Shown piece after piece: positions 37,196 through 50,134 of a stretch of 64,000 nucleotides of DNA (the first letter of the stretch is position 1; each line of letters starts with the position of its first letter). Below the pieces are notes generated by a model. It searched no databases and was not told the DNA's origin. It saw nothing but the letters and a program-made list of their open reading frames with translations. The stretch is taken from positions 1,798,001-1,862,000 of the forward strand of contig NC_089431.1 of the NCBI RefSeq assembly GCF_026210795.1. Reading direction: 5' to 3'. Source of the DNA: Rhizophagus irregularis (taxonomy: Eukaryota). The translations under genes and the position numbers were made by a program.

Positions 37196-37647
37196 GCACT
37201 GCGTTACTAATAAAATTCGGGGCCGATTTTGTGCTAGAACAAAATCTTCAAAAAGGATATTTTCATAGACGACATATTAACTATAAATAAAAGTCATATG
37301 ATATATTGAAAAAATACTGAAAAAAAAGAATTTGAAAAAAAAAAATTATACGTTCATACGCAAAATAATGAGTTTAATGTACGCGCGTTTGATTTACACC
37401 TTAAAATATAGGAAATTTCAATATTTTATTTTGCTATATTGCGTTATTTACATTAAAAACATAATTTTTAGCTTTCAAAGTTGTTTTTAAAGACTTTTTT
37501 TGAAATATTTTTATTATTAGAACCAGGTAAAAGTTTATGGTACTTCTGTTTGTGAAATGGGTGGAAATCTATTCCGCGCGTAAGATGTGAAAACCGCTTT
37601 TTTTTTATTATCGCTATTATCCCCGAATTTTATTAGTAACGCAGTGC
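37196..37647. mobile_element. 452-bp non-autonomous TIR element (perfect 27-bp IR GCACTGCGTTACTAATAAAATTCGGGG)
   Basis: Perfect inverted repeat; TSD not clearly resolved. Confidence 0.75.
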
Positions 37648-38395
37648 CGATTTTGAGACAAATCGCCAATTAATGGATTATTATTTTTTTCAAGTACCAT
37701 TTTTTTAATCAAACAGGGCAGTGACATATATTAGTTTCATGGGCTCCACCCCAGGTAAGATCTTTTTTAACCAATAATATTCAATTATACATATAATACT
37801 AATTTTATCCAAGAAAAATGTTTAATTTGTGTCACGTAAGATTTTGCCTCTAAAACATTAGCTAATACAGTATACCTAAAATCTATTAATTTTTTTCATA
37901 TATTGTATTATATTTTGCTTGCTGGCGAAAACAAAAAATTTTTTTGTAAGATAAATCAGTAAACATCCGAATGATGGGTGTAACATAAATGTAACCACAA
38001 TTATCTTGTATGACAAAATACTTACAATAAACATGCCTTTACTCTTCGATAATAGTATTGTATTGTCATTAAACTCTTTTTTAATGTTTTATTGTTTCTA
38101 TTTATTTTCATATGCAACTCTCATTCAATTTCACCCAAATAAAGTTTAATGTAGGCGTAATTTGTGACGATTAGCCGCGACATATCATTGTTGTACGCAG
38201 TGACTGTTTATTACATGTGCATACGTACATGTCCATTATGCGCAGCTTCAAACTGAAAATCGATACCTTTATTGAGTGATCACATGGTTACATGGGGGTA
38301 AGTGCTCATTTTCATATATAAGGGTATATGAAAAAAAATAATATTAATTTTACTTTTTTACGAGAATTGTTATATTTACTTTTTTAATATTAACA

Positions 38396-40576
38396 ATGTC
38401 GCAAATTCGTAAAGATAATACAGCTTGTTTACCACGTTTAAAACGTGAAATAGTTGAATTATATAATGAACCACTCAAAGGAATCAAAGTGAAGTTACAC
38501 GAAAATGATATAACTTCAATGTGTTTAATATTAACTCTCCATCAAGGACCATATAAAAACTTAAGGTTACATTATAATGTTAAGATACCACAGGGTTATC
38601 CTCAAATAGCACCTATTGTTACAATACAAACACCAGTAAGACATCCTAATGTTTTCGGAACGTTTATTTGTGCTGATATATTACAAGCTCACCATCATCG
38701 TAGTTCTGATTATTATAATGGTGGATATACTCCTGGTTATTTACTTAAATATATTTTTTTACAAATATTAAGCTTCTTTTCTGATAATAATGTTGAACAG
38801 GAGTTTGGTTTTGTAGAACAAATTAATTCCGATCACGAAGATTTTAGGACAACTTCTGAAAAAGTTGTAAAAAAATTTGAATGTAAAATATGTGGTTATA
38901 ATGATTTGAAAGCTTCTAAACCTTTAATGCCAATCCTTACTGATAAGGAATTACAAAAAGAGATGAAAGAGATGGATTCCGGTTGTTCCAGTATATTATC
39001 TAGCGTAAAGGTAAACCCAAAAAATATTACCGTGAAAGATTCTTCATACGTTTCAACAACTACGGTAAATGATTTAGATGATGATGCTTGGTTACATATT
39101 ATAGAATTTTTACCGGATCGTGATATTGTGGTCTTGTCGAATGTTTATGCACGTATTCGTACTCTTGTTCAATTCTATAATATATTAACTCGACGACAAT
39201 TAGTTTGTTTTTTTCTAAGAAAAACTTTTAGAGAATGCGTTCTTGGAGTTGGAGTAAATGCTATTGGACGAATTGATAAAAGAAAAATTACTATAAGTGA
39301 ATTTGATCTCTTCTCATATGAAGCATTTAAAGATCATGGTTTACGAGAAGGAATTTGGGGTGGCAATTTCACGAATTTTCTTCCTCTAGTGTTAAATAAA
39401 ACCCATTTCAATCGTGCTTTACCTATAATAAAATCTTCCTTAATGGCATTACGTGGAGAAATTGGAAAACCATGGAATTCTTCAGCAATTCTAAAAACAA
39501 TTCCTAGTCTTATGAATACAACTGTGGTCGCCCTAATGAAAGCTTGTGATGAAAGTGGCCAGCCTTCAAGATCAAAAGTTTTAAAAGCTTCTGAGAAAGC
39601 ATTACAAGGATATTGTCTTTTGTTGCATCTATTATTAAAGTTATCAAAACAATTTCCTGAAATTATTACCGAAGCTGAAAATAAAGTTAAAGCATTTAAT
39701 CGAGATAGAAGAAATCGTCAGAAATCTTCGACACCTGATTTAGGAGAATTCATGATTTATTTTTTTTTAGCAAAAAATGTTTCCTGGTCTGAATTCGTTC
39801 CTTGTTTCTTGAAAGAATTATTATCACGTAACGTAGTTTGGTATTTATGTAAAGTTCCTGGATTAGCATTTCTTGAACCAGAAGATTATGTTTCTAAATA
39901 TAGAGTGGAAGAAACTTTTACTCAAAGTGGAACTTCATTACGACTGGTTATGTTTCAAATTGCATTCATGAATATGGTTAAAGGAAAAGAAGATGATATG
40001 GATAGAAGATATGGATACCCTTCAAACGAAATGAGTAATTCTCTTCTTTCTCTTATCAAGGAAATTTATGCGGCAAAAACCTGGAATGTTTTTTTTAAAG
40101 TGATTGGTTTTCCATTACCAGAAAAAAATTGGGAATCAGAAATTTGTGACATGCTAACAAACGCAGTGAGAGATAGTGAAGCAAGTAAATATCACCAAAA
40201 CCCTTATACAAATAATGAATTATTTTATCTAAGGAGAACAAATGAAGCGAATATTCCTACTCCTAATAGTTGGTTAAATGATGAAAATAATAAAGTCTCT
40301 GAAATAGAGAAATATGGAGTCGTGAAATTTTTGACTTTTCAACCAGGTGAAAGAAATATAAGGGAGAATGAAAATAAAAGACATTCCTTTTCTTTTACAT
40401 CCAGAGGGAATGATAATAATAATAATAATAATAACATTAATATTATTAATGATAATTATGGGATTGGCGGGATTGGTGGACGTGGTGGGCGTGGTGGAGG
40501 GCGTGGTGGTCGTGGTCGTGGTCGTGGTTGGCGTGGACGTGGTGGCAATGTAAATATGAACCAAAGACATACGTAA
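38396..40576 (+). CDS. Ubiquitin-conjugating (UBC/E2) domain protein with central F-box-like motif and C-terminal RGG box, 726 aa
   Basis: RLKREI...GPY....YP..AP.V...T...HPNVFGTFICADIL (HPN + Cys); LDDDAWLHIIEFLPDRD; GGRGGRGGGRGGRGRGRG tail. Confidence 0.85.
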   Translation: MSQIRKDNTACLPRLKREIVELYNEPLKGIKVKLHENDITSMCLILTLHQGPYKNLRLHYNVKIPQGYPQIAPIVTIQTPVRHPNVFGTFICADILQAHHHRSSDYYNGGYTPGYLLKYIFLQILSFFSDNNVEQEFGFVEQINSDHEDFRTTSEKVVKKFECKICGYNDLKASKPLMPILTDKELQKEMKEMDSGCSSILSSVKVNPKNITVKDSSYVSTTTVNDLDDDAWLHIIEFLPDRDIVVLSNVYARIRTLVQFYNILTRRQLVCFFLRKTFRECVLGVGVNAIGRIDKRKITISEFDLFSYEAFKDHGLREGIWGGNFTNFLPLVLNKTHFNRALPIIKSSLMALRGEIGKPWNSSAILKTIPSLMNTTVVALMKACDESGQPSRSKVLKASEKALQGYCLLLHLLLKLSKQFPEIITEAENKVKAFNRDRRNRQKSSTPDLGEFMIYFFLAKNVSWSEFVPCFLKELLSRNVVWYLCKVPGLAFLEPEDYVSKYRVEETFTQSGTSLRLVMFQIAFMNMVKGKEDDMDRRYGYPSNEMSNSLLSLIKEIYAAKTWNVFFKVIGFPLPEKNWESEICDMLTNAVRDSEASKYHQNPYTNNELFYLRRTNEANIPTPNSWLNDENNKVSEIEKYGVVKFLTFQPGERNIRENENKRHSFSFTSRGNDNNNNNNNINIINDNYGIGGIGGRGGRGGGRGGRGRGRGWRGRGGNVNMNQRHT

Positions 40577-41499
40577 TTAATTATATAATAATAATTTGTA
40601 CAAAATTTCGAAATGCTTGTATAGTGAATTTTATATTAAATAAAGTTTTTTTTTTCAATAAACAAATATTTATTATTTCAGATCATAAAATTTTTGAGCA
40701 CACATGTTCTACAGCCGTTAAAACCTTATTATTATTATTGGATTAAATTAACGTTAATATTAAATTTCGCTGCTGCACAAAAGATAACAATTCTGAATTA
40801 AAAAACCAAAAAATTTGCATAATTAACTCAAAAATAATTATTATTATATCATATTACATTCCATATATTTTACATTTATAATTCTAACTCCTCTTTAAAT
40901 ATGAACTTCTTGTTACAGTATCTAAATAAACTGAAAAAAGACGACAGCGAGAAATGGAAATAATAGGCGTAGATAAAGAATTAAAAAGCGTTAAGCTTTG
41001 TGAGAGTAGTAAGTCTACTAAAAGCAAAATTAAGGGAAATATTCTAACTCATAATACAGTTCACTCTCATATTACATAACTTGATATAACAAAGAAAAGT
41101 CATACTTCTTGATAACGAATTTTAAAGGAAATTTTCTATAGCTCGTAACTCGAATTTAAATATTGTTATACCGCTATACCAAATTTATTAAGGTGTTGCA
41201 CAGTTTATTAACGAATTTTATTTGTGTGAAATTTATGTGATCCATTACAACTAACTTAAGTCACTACTCTAAAAATCACTTGACCTGTAAAGTCACGTGT
41301 TTATAGAGAGTGAAAATTTGCTCACAAATCTCGCGCCCACATATATTATATTTTTCAAAATTATAATATTCAAAAATAGATAAACCATCAGTATCATAAT
41401 AAAAGAATTGCAGGGAGAAACAAGAACAGAATTAATAGCTGCTAATTCTAGAAAATATTGGGTTGAATGAGAACAAAACACGTACTCATGATATCGAAG

Positions 41500-42520
41500 A
41501 ATTAAGATTATTTTGATTTCGGAGATAAATGAGATTATTACAATAGAAGTCTATAAGATCGTAGTTGAATTGTAGGGTAAACATCTATCCTTTGATATGA
41601 TTCAAATAAAGGAATATCTAAATATCTATAATTTAGTTGCTTTACAACGAACGTTAAATTAATCGTCACATATTTTTGTCTCTATAGTAAACGTGGAATA
41701 ACTTCTTCTTTTCTAGTAATTCTACTTACCCATATCGGAGTGTCAATTTTAAAATTACAATGTTTATTCGCATTTATCAATAAAAAAGAAATGATAGGTC
41801 CTTTAAAATACTAATAATACATTGTGGTCAATATGTGATGTAAATATACTATTAATTCTCCGCACGTTAATTAATTTAAAAATATAATCAATTGTTGAAA
41901 ATACTTTTTTAGTTTTGTGATTAAAAGAGTTAAAATAAATCATTGCTGCAATAAGAATTATAAAATTCTTTCGAATACGGTTATAAAACCAGCAATATGA
42001 CGGGGAATATCAAAGCCATTCATACGTTTGTAATTTCCCAAGAAAAATATCTTTGAACTTCGCCTGTTACAAGATAGTTAGGCGGCCCAACAATATCAAA
42101 ATGTTGATATGCGATTTTGCATTGCTTCTTTAGTTATAACTGAATCGTGAGTAATTTTCGATGAGATTATTTGTATGATATGCAAATATGTTATTGATCG
42201 AATCATTTGGTAATATTACTCTAAAAGGATATACTTTTAAGAGAAAATTATCTTCCACCGATATCAGATATATGATAAAATAGCTAATGAAATAAATCTG
42301 CTTAATTCATTTTGCTCATTTTGTTGAATAACAGGATGCTATCTACATGCCTCGCTTCCCAAAAAATGATTTCGTCAATGTAAAAATCATCTCTTTTTAA
42401 AATTATTTCTAAAATAAATGGATTGAAGAAGAAATTTAGTTGATTTAAACAAACGATCGGGTTTATCACAACATTCCATAACATATCCAAAGATATTTTT
42501 CGTTAAGTTAATTCAATAAT
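41500..42520 (-). pseudogene. Degraded BACK-TLDc-type gene remnant
   Basis: Fragments ILEIILKRDDFYIDEIIFWE, FYHIS, LKVYPF resemble BTB/BACK-TLDc proteins of this lineage; many stops and frameshifts; boundaries approximate. Confidence 0.5.
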
Positions 42521-43575
42521 TTCATCATTTTTGATTACGGTTATAATTTTGTTTCCTATAAAAGAAAATGTTAGAAAATTTCATTTATATTTTTAAGCTT
42601 TTAAAAAATTATTGTATATTGAAAAATACCAGGATTTCAAATACTTTAAGTGAATTTAACAATCCTTTTTCTCAGTAAAGGGAGTTTTAAAACATGAAAT
42701 TCTTTATATTTGAATTTTCATAAAGTGTATGAGAGATTGGAGAAAGCGAAATCGTACCTTTCTTTTGTTTCATAAAGTTTTTATAACTATCTTTCCCTAT
42801 AAAAATTTGCAGTCATGAGAATTTTTTTTAATTATATATTATTATTATATATTATTATCAACGCTTTACGAAAAATATTTATAAGATTACCGGAATTGGA
42901 ACTTTATATGAAACCCTAACTTAATAACTGGTAAAATGAAAAATTCCCCATTTAAGTAGCCACATGAATATATTACATTCTTTGGCAGTTTAAAATCTTT
43001 TTTAGATAATAATTTACATAGACTCTAGAAATAAATGGTTATATATTAGCATTCCCCATATTAAAAAAATATTTATCGGACCGCTACGAAACTTTTGATA
43101 AGAATTTTGGAATAAGAAAATAAAAAAAAAATGACTCATTCGAGGTTTTTATATGAAAAAGCTATATATTATTCGGAGGTAACTTCTGCTGTAGAGAAGC
43201 GTGACAGCGTGTCATGACTAGTGATTACTAAATAATTACGATCTTATATCAAACTCCGATATAACGATGTTGGGTCCGGTGTAAACTCCTGATGTCCTGA
43301 TGTTCACATGAGTAATACTTTGCTCAATGATTACGACATATAAATATATACAATATAAAGCTGATATGTCATATCGAGTATATCGAGTCATACAGATTAT
43401 GATAAAAAAAATCACTTACGCGTTTTTTTATAAAAATCATTTTTACGCACTAAATTTCTCAAAAAACTCTTTCTCTTTCTCAAAAAAAAAAAAATTCTCA
43501 AACAACCCTTTATACAAAAAACTACAAAAAAAAGTAAAAAATTTATATATAATCCTTCCGCTTTTTTTATATAAT

Positions 43576-44920
43576 AACAAGTGGGAAAAAATGGTGAGGG
43601 TAAAAAAGAGGAAAAATCGCAACAATAATGCCAGTTACTTACATAGGACAAGCTTTAAGAAGCGAGATCAGAAGTGACCATCATTGCAGGTGAGTAGGTT
43701 TGGATGTTGAGACGAAGGTTACCTAGTCTCCGTTATTCCGTAGTTGCGATAAAGTGGTCATGAGCATAATGGTGGTCGAGGTATACCACTTTGGTCACTA
43801 CCGTATGTATGGTCACTACAAGTATACCATACAATCACCATCTGTATGGTCACCTCATAGAAACTATATGGTGCTGCAGAGTCACTTACCCACTTTAGCT
43901 TCGCCAAACGCTTGCTTAGGCTGGTCCCAACATTCACATTGTATATTTGTAGACGTATCCATTGTTTTCATATTGAACAAGTGGAAAAAAATGGTGAAGA
44001 TAAAAAAAAAGAGGAAAAATCGCAACAATAATGCCAATTACTTACGTAGACAAGCTTTAAGAAGCGAGATCAGAATTTACCATCATCGCAGGTGAGTAGG
44101 TTTGGATGTTGAGACGAAGGTTACCTAGTCTCCGTTATTCCGTAGTTGCGATAAGGTGGTCGTGAGCATAAGGGTAGCCGAGGTATACCACTTTGGTCAC
44201 TACCGTATGTATGGTCACTACAAGTATACCATACAACCACCATCTGTATGGTCAATTCATAGAAACTATACGGTTCTGCAGAGTCACTTACCCACTTTAG
44301 CTTCGCCAAACGCTTACTTAGGCTGGTCCTAACACTCACATTGTATATTTGTAGACATATCCATTGTTTTCATATTGAACAAGTGGAAAAAAATGGTGAA
44401 GATAAAAAAAGAGGAAAAATCGCCAATTACTTACGTAGACAAGCTTTAAGAACTATGGTTCTGGCGTTTTCTTTTAACTTTTTTTACATAAAAAACACTG
44501 AAACTATGGTTCTGGCATTTTTTTTTAATTTTTTTTTACATAAAAATGCCGGAACTATGGGTTTTGGCATTTTCTTTTATTTTTTTTTACATAAAAACGC
44601 CAGTACTATGGTCCCGGCGTTTTAGTAGGTTTGGATGTTGAGACGAAGGTTACCTAGTCTCCGTTATTCCGTAGTTGCGATAAGGTGGTCATGAGCATAA
44701 GGGTGGCCGAGGTATGGTATACCACTTTGGTCACTACCGTATGTATGGTCACTACAAGTATACCATACAACCACCATCTGTATGGTCACTTCATAGAAAA
44801 CTATATGGTGCTGCAGAGTCAACTTACCCACTTTAGCTTCGCCAAACGCTTACTTAGGCTGGTCCTAACACCACATTGTATATTTGTAGACGTATGATTT
44901 ATGCCCATTGTTTTCATATA
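43576..44920. repeat. Tandem array of three ~400-bp relatively GC-rich units; the third carries four ~50-bp hairpin-type repeats (44451-44622)
   Basis: Units start at 43576, 43976 and 44378 with near-identical sequence. Confidence 0.9.
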
Positions 44921-46820
44921 GAATGTTCAAGTAGGCAAAGAATATATGACTCTTTGGAATCTCGTAGGCCCAAAATGCTATCTTTCCTTTTGAACAGGCT
45001 CAAAGTGTTATTAATAGATTTACGTCTGATGGTAGATGTACAATGTGTACATACTGAATGTAGAAATACGATTTTAGATTAGGACCTATTGGTCCTATCA
45101 TAATGGTACTTACTTAGCCTTATGTTTGTTCCAGAACTGACGAAATTTTGCCTAACCTACATAATTTATGGAATATTTCTAGTAAATTTCTTAATAACAT
45201 TAGTAGATCTAAAATTTATTTAATAAGAACAAATGCGTATTGTGTACAAAAGTTAACTTTAACTATAATTAAACATAGGTCATTTAAACTTTATTAATTG
45301 TAATAACTAGCTAAAACTAAAATAATAAATAATAAATGTTAAAACAATTGTTTCAGTTAAGACCAATTAATAAATCATGCACGTGCCAATTTTAGTTTCG
45401 CAAGTTTAGGCAGTTTCGGAATAGCTGAAATCAAAACTTAAATTGGCGCCAATTGCAAACCAGTTTCGTCCGAAACATTGAATATCTAAGTTTTTTACAG
45501 AAAAAGTATTGAAGAATTGAAAAAGTTTGCGACAATATGTGAGAATATATCGATCCAAAAGATCTAGTACCAAAAAAAATCAACTCATGATAAGGTATCG
45601 CAACACACGACGCCTTACATGATCATTGGTCGAATCATCGCTCTTCATCCACAAGCCAGATATTTCATCAACAAACAGACTCCAGAGGTCTACAGTATCA
45701 TCCCTTATAAGAATTACATTTCTCAATGCTTCAACCTCATCGAAGCAGCAACTTATAGATCTCCCTACACCTTTTCAAGCTTACGCACATAACGAATATT
45801 CTTTGATCAGTTTAATTCCACAAATGGAGGGTTATTTATTATAATCCAACAACCTCATCATCATCTACGATGCTCGAAGATTTAGAAACTTTATTTTGAC
45901 GAATCTGTTTCGTCATTTTCTGCATAATTGATGTAGAAGGCTATTTATTATAATTGCTCGACATTCTAATAATGTTGTAGTCTTTAAATTTATTATTTTT
46001 TTCTTTGTGATTCGATTCAAGATAAGATTATTGTTTTTATTTTGGATAATTTTTTTTACACATATTATAATATTATTTTGAAACTACAGAAATAAGTGAT
46101 TTTTTTGGTTTTATTTAAATAATTTAATAAGATATTACTAATAATTAAAGAAAATGAATTAGAATCAATAAACAACCTGCCAATTCAAAGTTAGCAATTA
46201 TTGTTTTACTGAGTTTAAAATATACGTATGAATGGTTATCTTCTTTCTAATCTTTCCTATAGATGAATTTCTGTTAAACGTAACAGCATTTTCATCAAAA
46301 GTCTGAATGTTTTTATTATCCAGATAATGGATTACCTGACAGATATCTGACAGATATCTGATGGATAAACCGATTTGTTATAATTTTAATAATGCGTAAA
46401 AAAATTATAAAAAACTTTTAATCAAATATTAAATATTTGTAACTATGAACTTTCATATTAGTGAGCAGCCAATTTCACAGGGTAATGGTTTTCTGGAACC
46501 GTTCAGTAATACTTAATCAATCTTTCATGAATTAGTGTTTAATTAAAAGGATAAACTGAAAAGTTTACTAATAAAATTATACATAATTTCACTGGAATAC
46601 TTATCATGATTTTTGCAGGACACTTAAGCCCGAGGCGATGCAACATAATTAACACACGTGACAAGCAAGTAATCGAAATCAAGTAAAGGGGTTAGAAGAA
46701 TTATATTATAAAACAAAATGTATTGACTAGTTATTTCTCATACAATAAATAAATAAACTACTTGATTCATACATAATTACATAAATTTCTAGTACTAGAT
46801 CTATTTAGAAAGAACTTTTT

Positions 46821-47005
46821 CCCTGTAAAAAAAGTCGATCCGTTTTTTACATTCCGTCTTTTTTCCGTAAAGGCTCATACTTCCGGAATTAATAACCTTA
46901 TATCACGGAATTTATCGAATTATTTATATTTTCCGTGAATGGATCCGCAAAAGGCTCATTTTTACGGAGTTTTTACAGAAATAACGGATAAAATTTTTTA
47001 TAGGG
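46821..47005 (+). mobile_element. MITE family A copy (full length)
   Basis: CCCTGTAAAAAAAGTCGATCCG...TTTTTTATAGGG; flanks TTT/TTG. Confidence 0.9.
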
Positions 47006-47819
47006 TTGACTAAAATTTATCTGCTAAAATTAGCTTAATTTAATATATTTTTAAGCAAAAAAAGTTCGATTTGGGTTCAGAAATTTCGCCAGGTTTCGGA
47101 AGTTTCGTCGAAATTTTAGTTTCGGTTTCGCCCAAAACACTAAATTATACAACTCTAAAGACATTATTTTAGCACACAAAGGTCATAAAACATAATGAGG
47201 CTGTAATAAAGTAACAAACAATTTGTATATTAGGAATGTGTTTAAATTTCAATCATTATTAACATTAAAGTTAATCCAAACAACAAAAATAGTAATACAA
47301 ATTTCGGAAGACTGAATTCATTTATGTTTATTACAAAAAAAAAAAATATGTACACACATTTTGTCATTTTCAGGTAAAAATCAAAGTAATAAAATAGAGT
47401 TGTTTGATCACCTGTTTATTAGAAATACAAATTGAATGATGTCTGGACTTTTAGACTCTGCTGATTATTTATACGAAGTTAACAAAAATTTTATTCATTA
47501 CATGTGTATACTTCTAGGGTATGGTGACTATGGTCTCGATGCCATGGTGCTTGTGTGTAATATATATCACATATTTATCACGTGACATGGATGTGACAAA
47601 AAGTGTCGGGATTTTGGACAGTACCGGGTATGAAGGGTACGCCATTCATGCAATTCAATCCCTTAATTAGAAATAATTCCAAAAGCTTGTTACAGTTCTT
47701 AAGTAATAAATTCAATAAATCAAAAAGTTCCTATAAATAAATAATCTCTCTACAAAATTTTAGCTGTTAAACCATAATATTTTCTAAAATTTCTTGTACT
47801 AACATAACTAATTACGCCG

Positions 47820-48745
47820 ACTAAAGAATGGAAATTGCAAAAGCAACCACTCAAAGCACACAAAATAAACTGTGCTATCAAGGCGAGCAACGAATTTGCA
47901 AAGAATTTACACCGGGATGGATTAGATCGTGGATGCATTCAATATTTAATGACTCTATGGTAATAAGACAGGGAAAGATGATTCTCTCTGAATTATGTTA
48001 TATCTTTTAACACGTTCTTTCAATTATTCAAATCCTTCACCAGAGATGAAATATCACTTTATCGTTCACTTAACGGATTAAGTAACGTTGCTAGTGGTGG
48101 TACTCGCCTTTACGACAGTATAGTTAATGTCATAAAAACTTTCCATAGTAATGGTGATCGTTCTCGTCCCTGGATTTTGGTTGTCGTGACTGATGGTGAT
48201 GACAATAATAGCAGTCTAAGTTTTAAAAAATTCTGAAGAAATATCACGACTATTTACAAAGGAATTGTTGGGGTTGGAGACAATGTAGATTCAACGAAAA
48301 TGGAATAGGTATGTCATTCTTTGTTTTTTATTTTATTTGGAGAAGTTTAGCGTTATATTTCCTTTGAAGCAAGGCATGTTTCGATATTTTAATTTTTAAG
48401 TCGTTATTGAATATTATCCTTCTTCAATGTTTTTAAAAACAAAATCAGATGGCTAGCATTTCCAACTTTATACACTTTCCCGTCAAAGATTTTTACCTTC
48501 TTGAACTTGTATTCTTGACTCTCGATTAGTCGGTAACTAATCTGCATCATGGGCCGAGGTTCAAAGACGCAGAAATCTCTGCAAATTTGCGATCGATTAT
48601 GCTCTCTTGATCGACGTATCGGGATCCATGAATAGTGTAGTAAGTTTGCCACACCTCAATGTTTTGAAGGACATGACTTGGAAAAAAAATATTACAGAGG
48701 AGATTGGTATTGTGATGTGTGTGGAGAAGATAGTGATAATACGGT
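47820..48745 (+). pseudogene. Fragmented vWA-domain + Cys-rich (C1/ZZ-like) gene remnant
   Basis: SGGTRLYDSI...WILVVVTDGDDNNS, VGVGDNVD, then CFEGHDL...WYCDVCG; broken by stops and frameshifts. Confidence 0.6.
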
Positions 48746-49539
48746 AGACTTTTTAATATATTTTGTTTTTCATACTCCGTTTATTTTTTGAAATATTGAC
48801 TTGACTTTTTTTTTGTAAATCGTGTGAACAGGTATCCCACCTAACTTGATTCTTTCTTCATTTTATTTTATTTATTTTTTTTTTGTAAACAATTTATTTT
48901 AAAAAAATTCTTTATCTTCCTTTATCTTATCCTTTTTATTATTATTCTTATGTACATAATTCTATAAGTTTTTTTTTGGCATATGTGGATTATAAAAGTA
49001 TTCTTATAAACGCTGGATGAAATTATAAGCGTTTTTATAACAGTACAAATTCATATTTCATATTTTATATAAATATTTTATTTCTTATTAAATATGTAAA
49101 ATATGTGTAAAAATATAAATTTTCTTCAATAAAGCGTTAAAAAGTTATTTTTAAATACAAACACTATCTTTACTATAAAAATGTAAGTTCCTTTAATCTT
49201 TTTTATTGACGAAAAATTTCTAGTTAGATGTTACACAAGATAAAGCCAATAAACTCGGACACATCACGTGACGGAACTTTTTATCGTTTAGCATACACAT
49301 ATCACAAGATTGAAACTCAGTAATTTATTTTTTATCACGCATATTGTATTACTATTACTAAAGCTCGAAAATGTGAAATTGGAGAAATTAAAATATTAAT
49401 AATAAAAATGCTTTATACATGTACGTTAAATCTCAAATAAAATTTCTTCATTAAAAATCTAAGTTGTATGATATAACTTGATTGATTAGATCCAAAATTC
49501 TTCTATTGCAATATAAAATAGTAGCATGTTTCCAACTAT

Positions 49540-49700
49540 TTCCATTCCAATAAAGTCTCCAATTAACTTAATTTTTGCTATCCAAATAATGGCTCCTTTA
49601 TTGTTACAATTTCTATGAAATGATGCAGCATTAAATACATCCCTACTTTGAGCGATATAAGAACTTCATAAGGAATACTTTTAATCCATGAAGCAGATTA
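49540..49700 (-). pseudogene. TLDc domain remnant
   Basis: ASWI...SRDVFNAASFHRNCNNKGAIIWIAKIKLIG, frameshifted. Confidence 0.65.
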
Positions 49701-49956
49701 TTTTTGAAAGTGAAGTATTAGCTTTAAGTTCCATATTAAATTTTAAGACATATTCTTAAAAGAAATAATGTAAAAAATCAAATCATAAAACAAATAATTA
49801 AAAAACTAGCGTTTTTTAATACATAACCTAGTAGAAATCGGGAAATGTATTCATTAATTTTAAGGTCGAAGAATTGAATGCTCAAAAATATCAAAAAAAA
49901 CATGCAAAATTCGTTAAAGTATTGGAAATGCTCTCATAAAAATTTTTTGTTATATT

Positions 49957-50134
49957 TTATCGCCGTTTTCAAAATAGTATACGTAATTTATTTGTGATTG
50001 TATATTCGAATACCAATATTCGCCCGGTTTTCGTCCGTTTTTTGTCCATATTTCGTCCGGTTTTCGTCCGGTTTTCGATTTTCTTTTTTTTTTATTCAAT
50101 TTAACTGAATACATCATTTTGAAAACGGCGATAA
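49957..50134. mobile_element. 178-bp MITE with perfect 19-bp IR (TTATCGCCGTTTTCAAAAT) and internal TTTCGTCCG repeats
   Basis: Read directly from the sequence. Confidence 0.7.

Noticed and set aside
43576..44920. Retrozyme (hammerhead or twister ribozyme) array
   Set aside because: No CUGANGA/GAAA core found by eye on either strand; only a short GGTCCCAA resemblance to twister, not conserved in units 2-3
45390..47142. GTTTCG-rich clusters resembling hAT right ends
   Set aside because: No matching left end or TSD found
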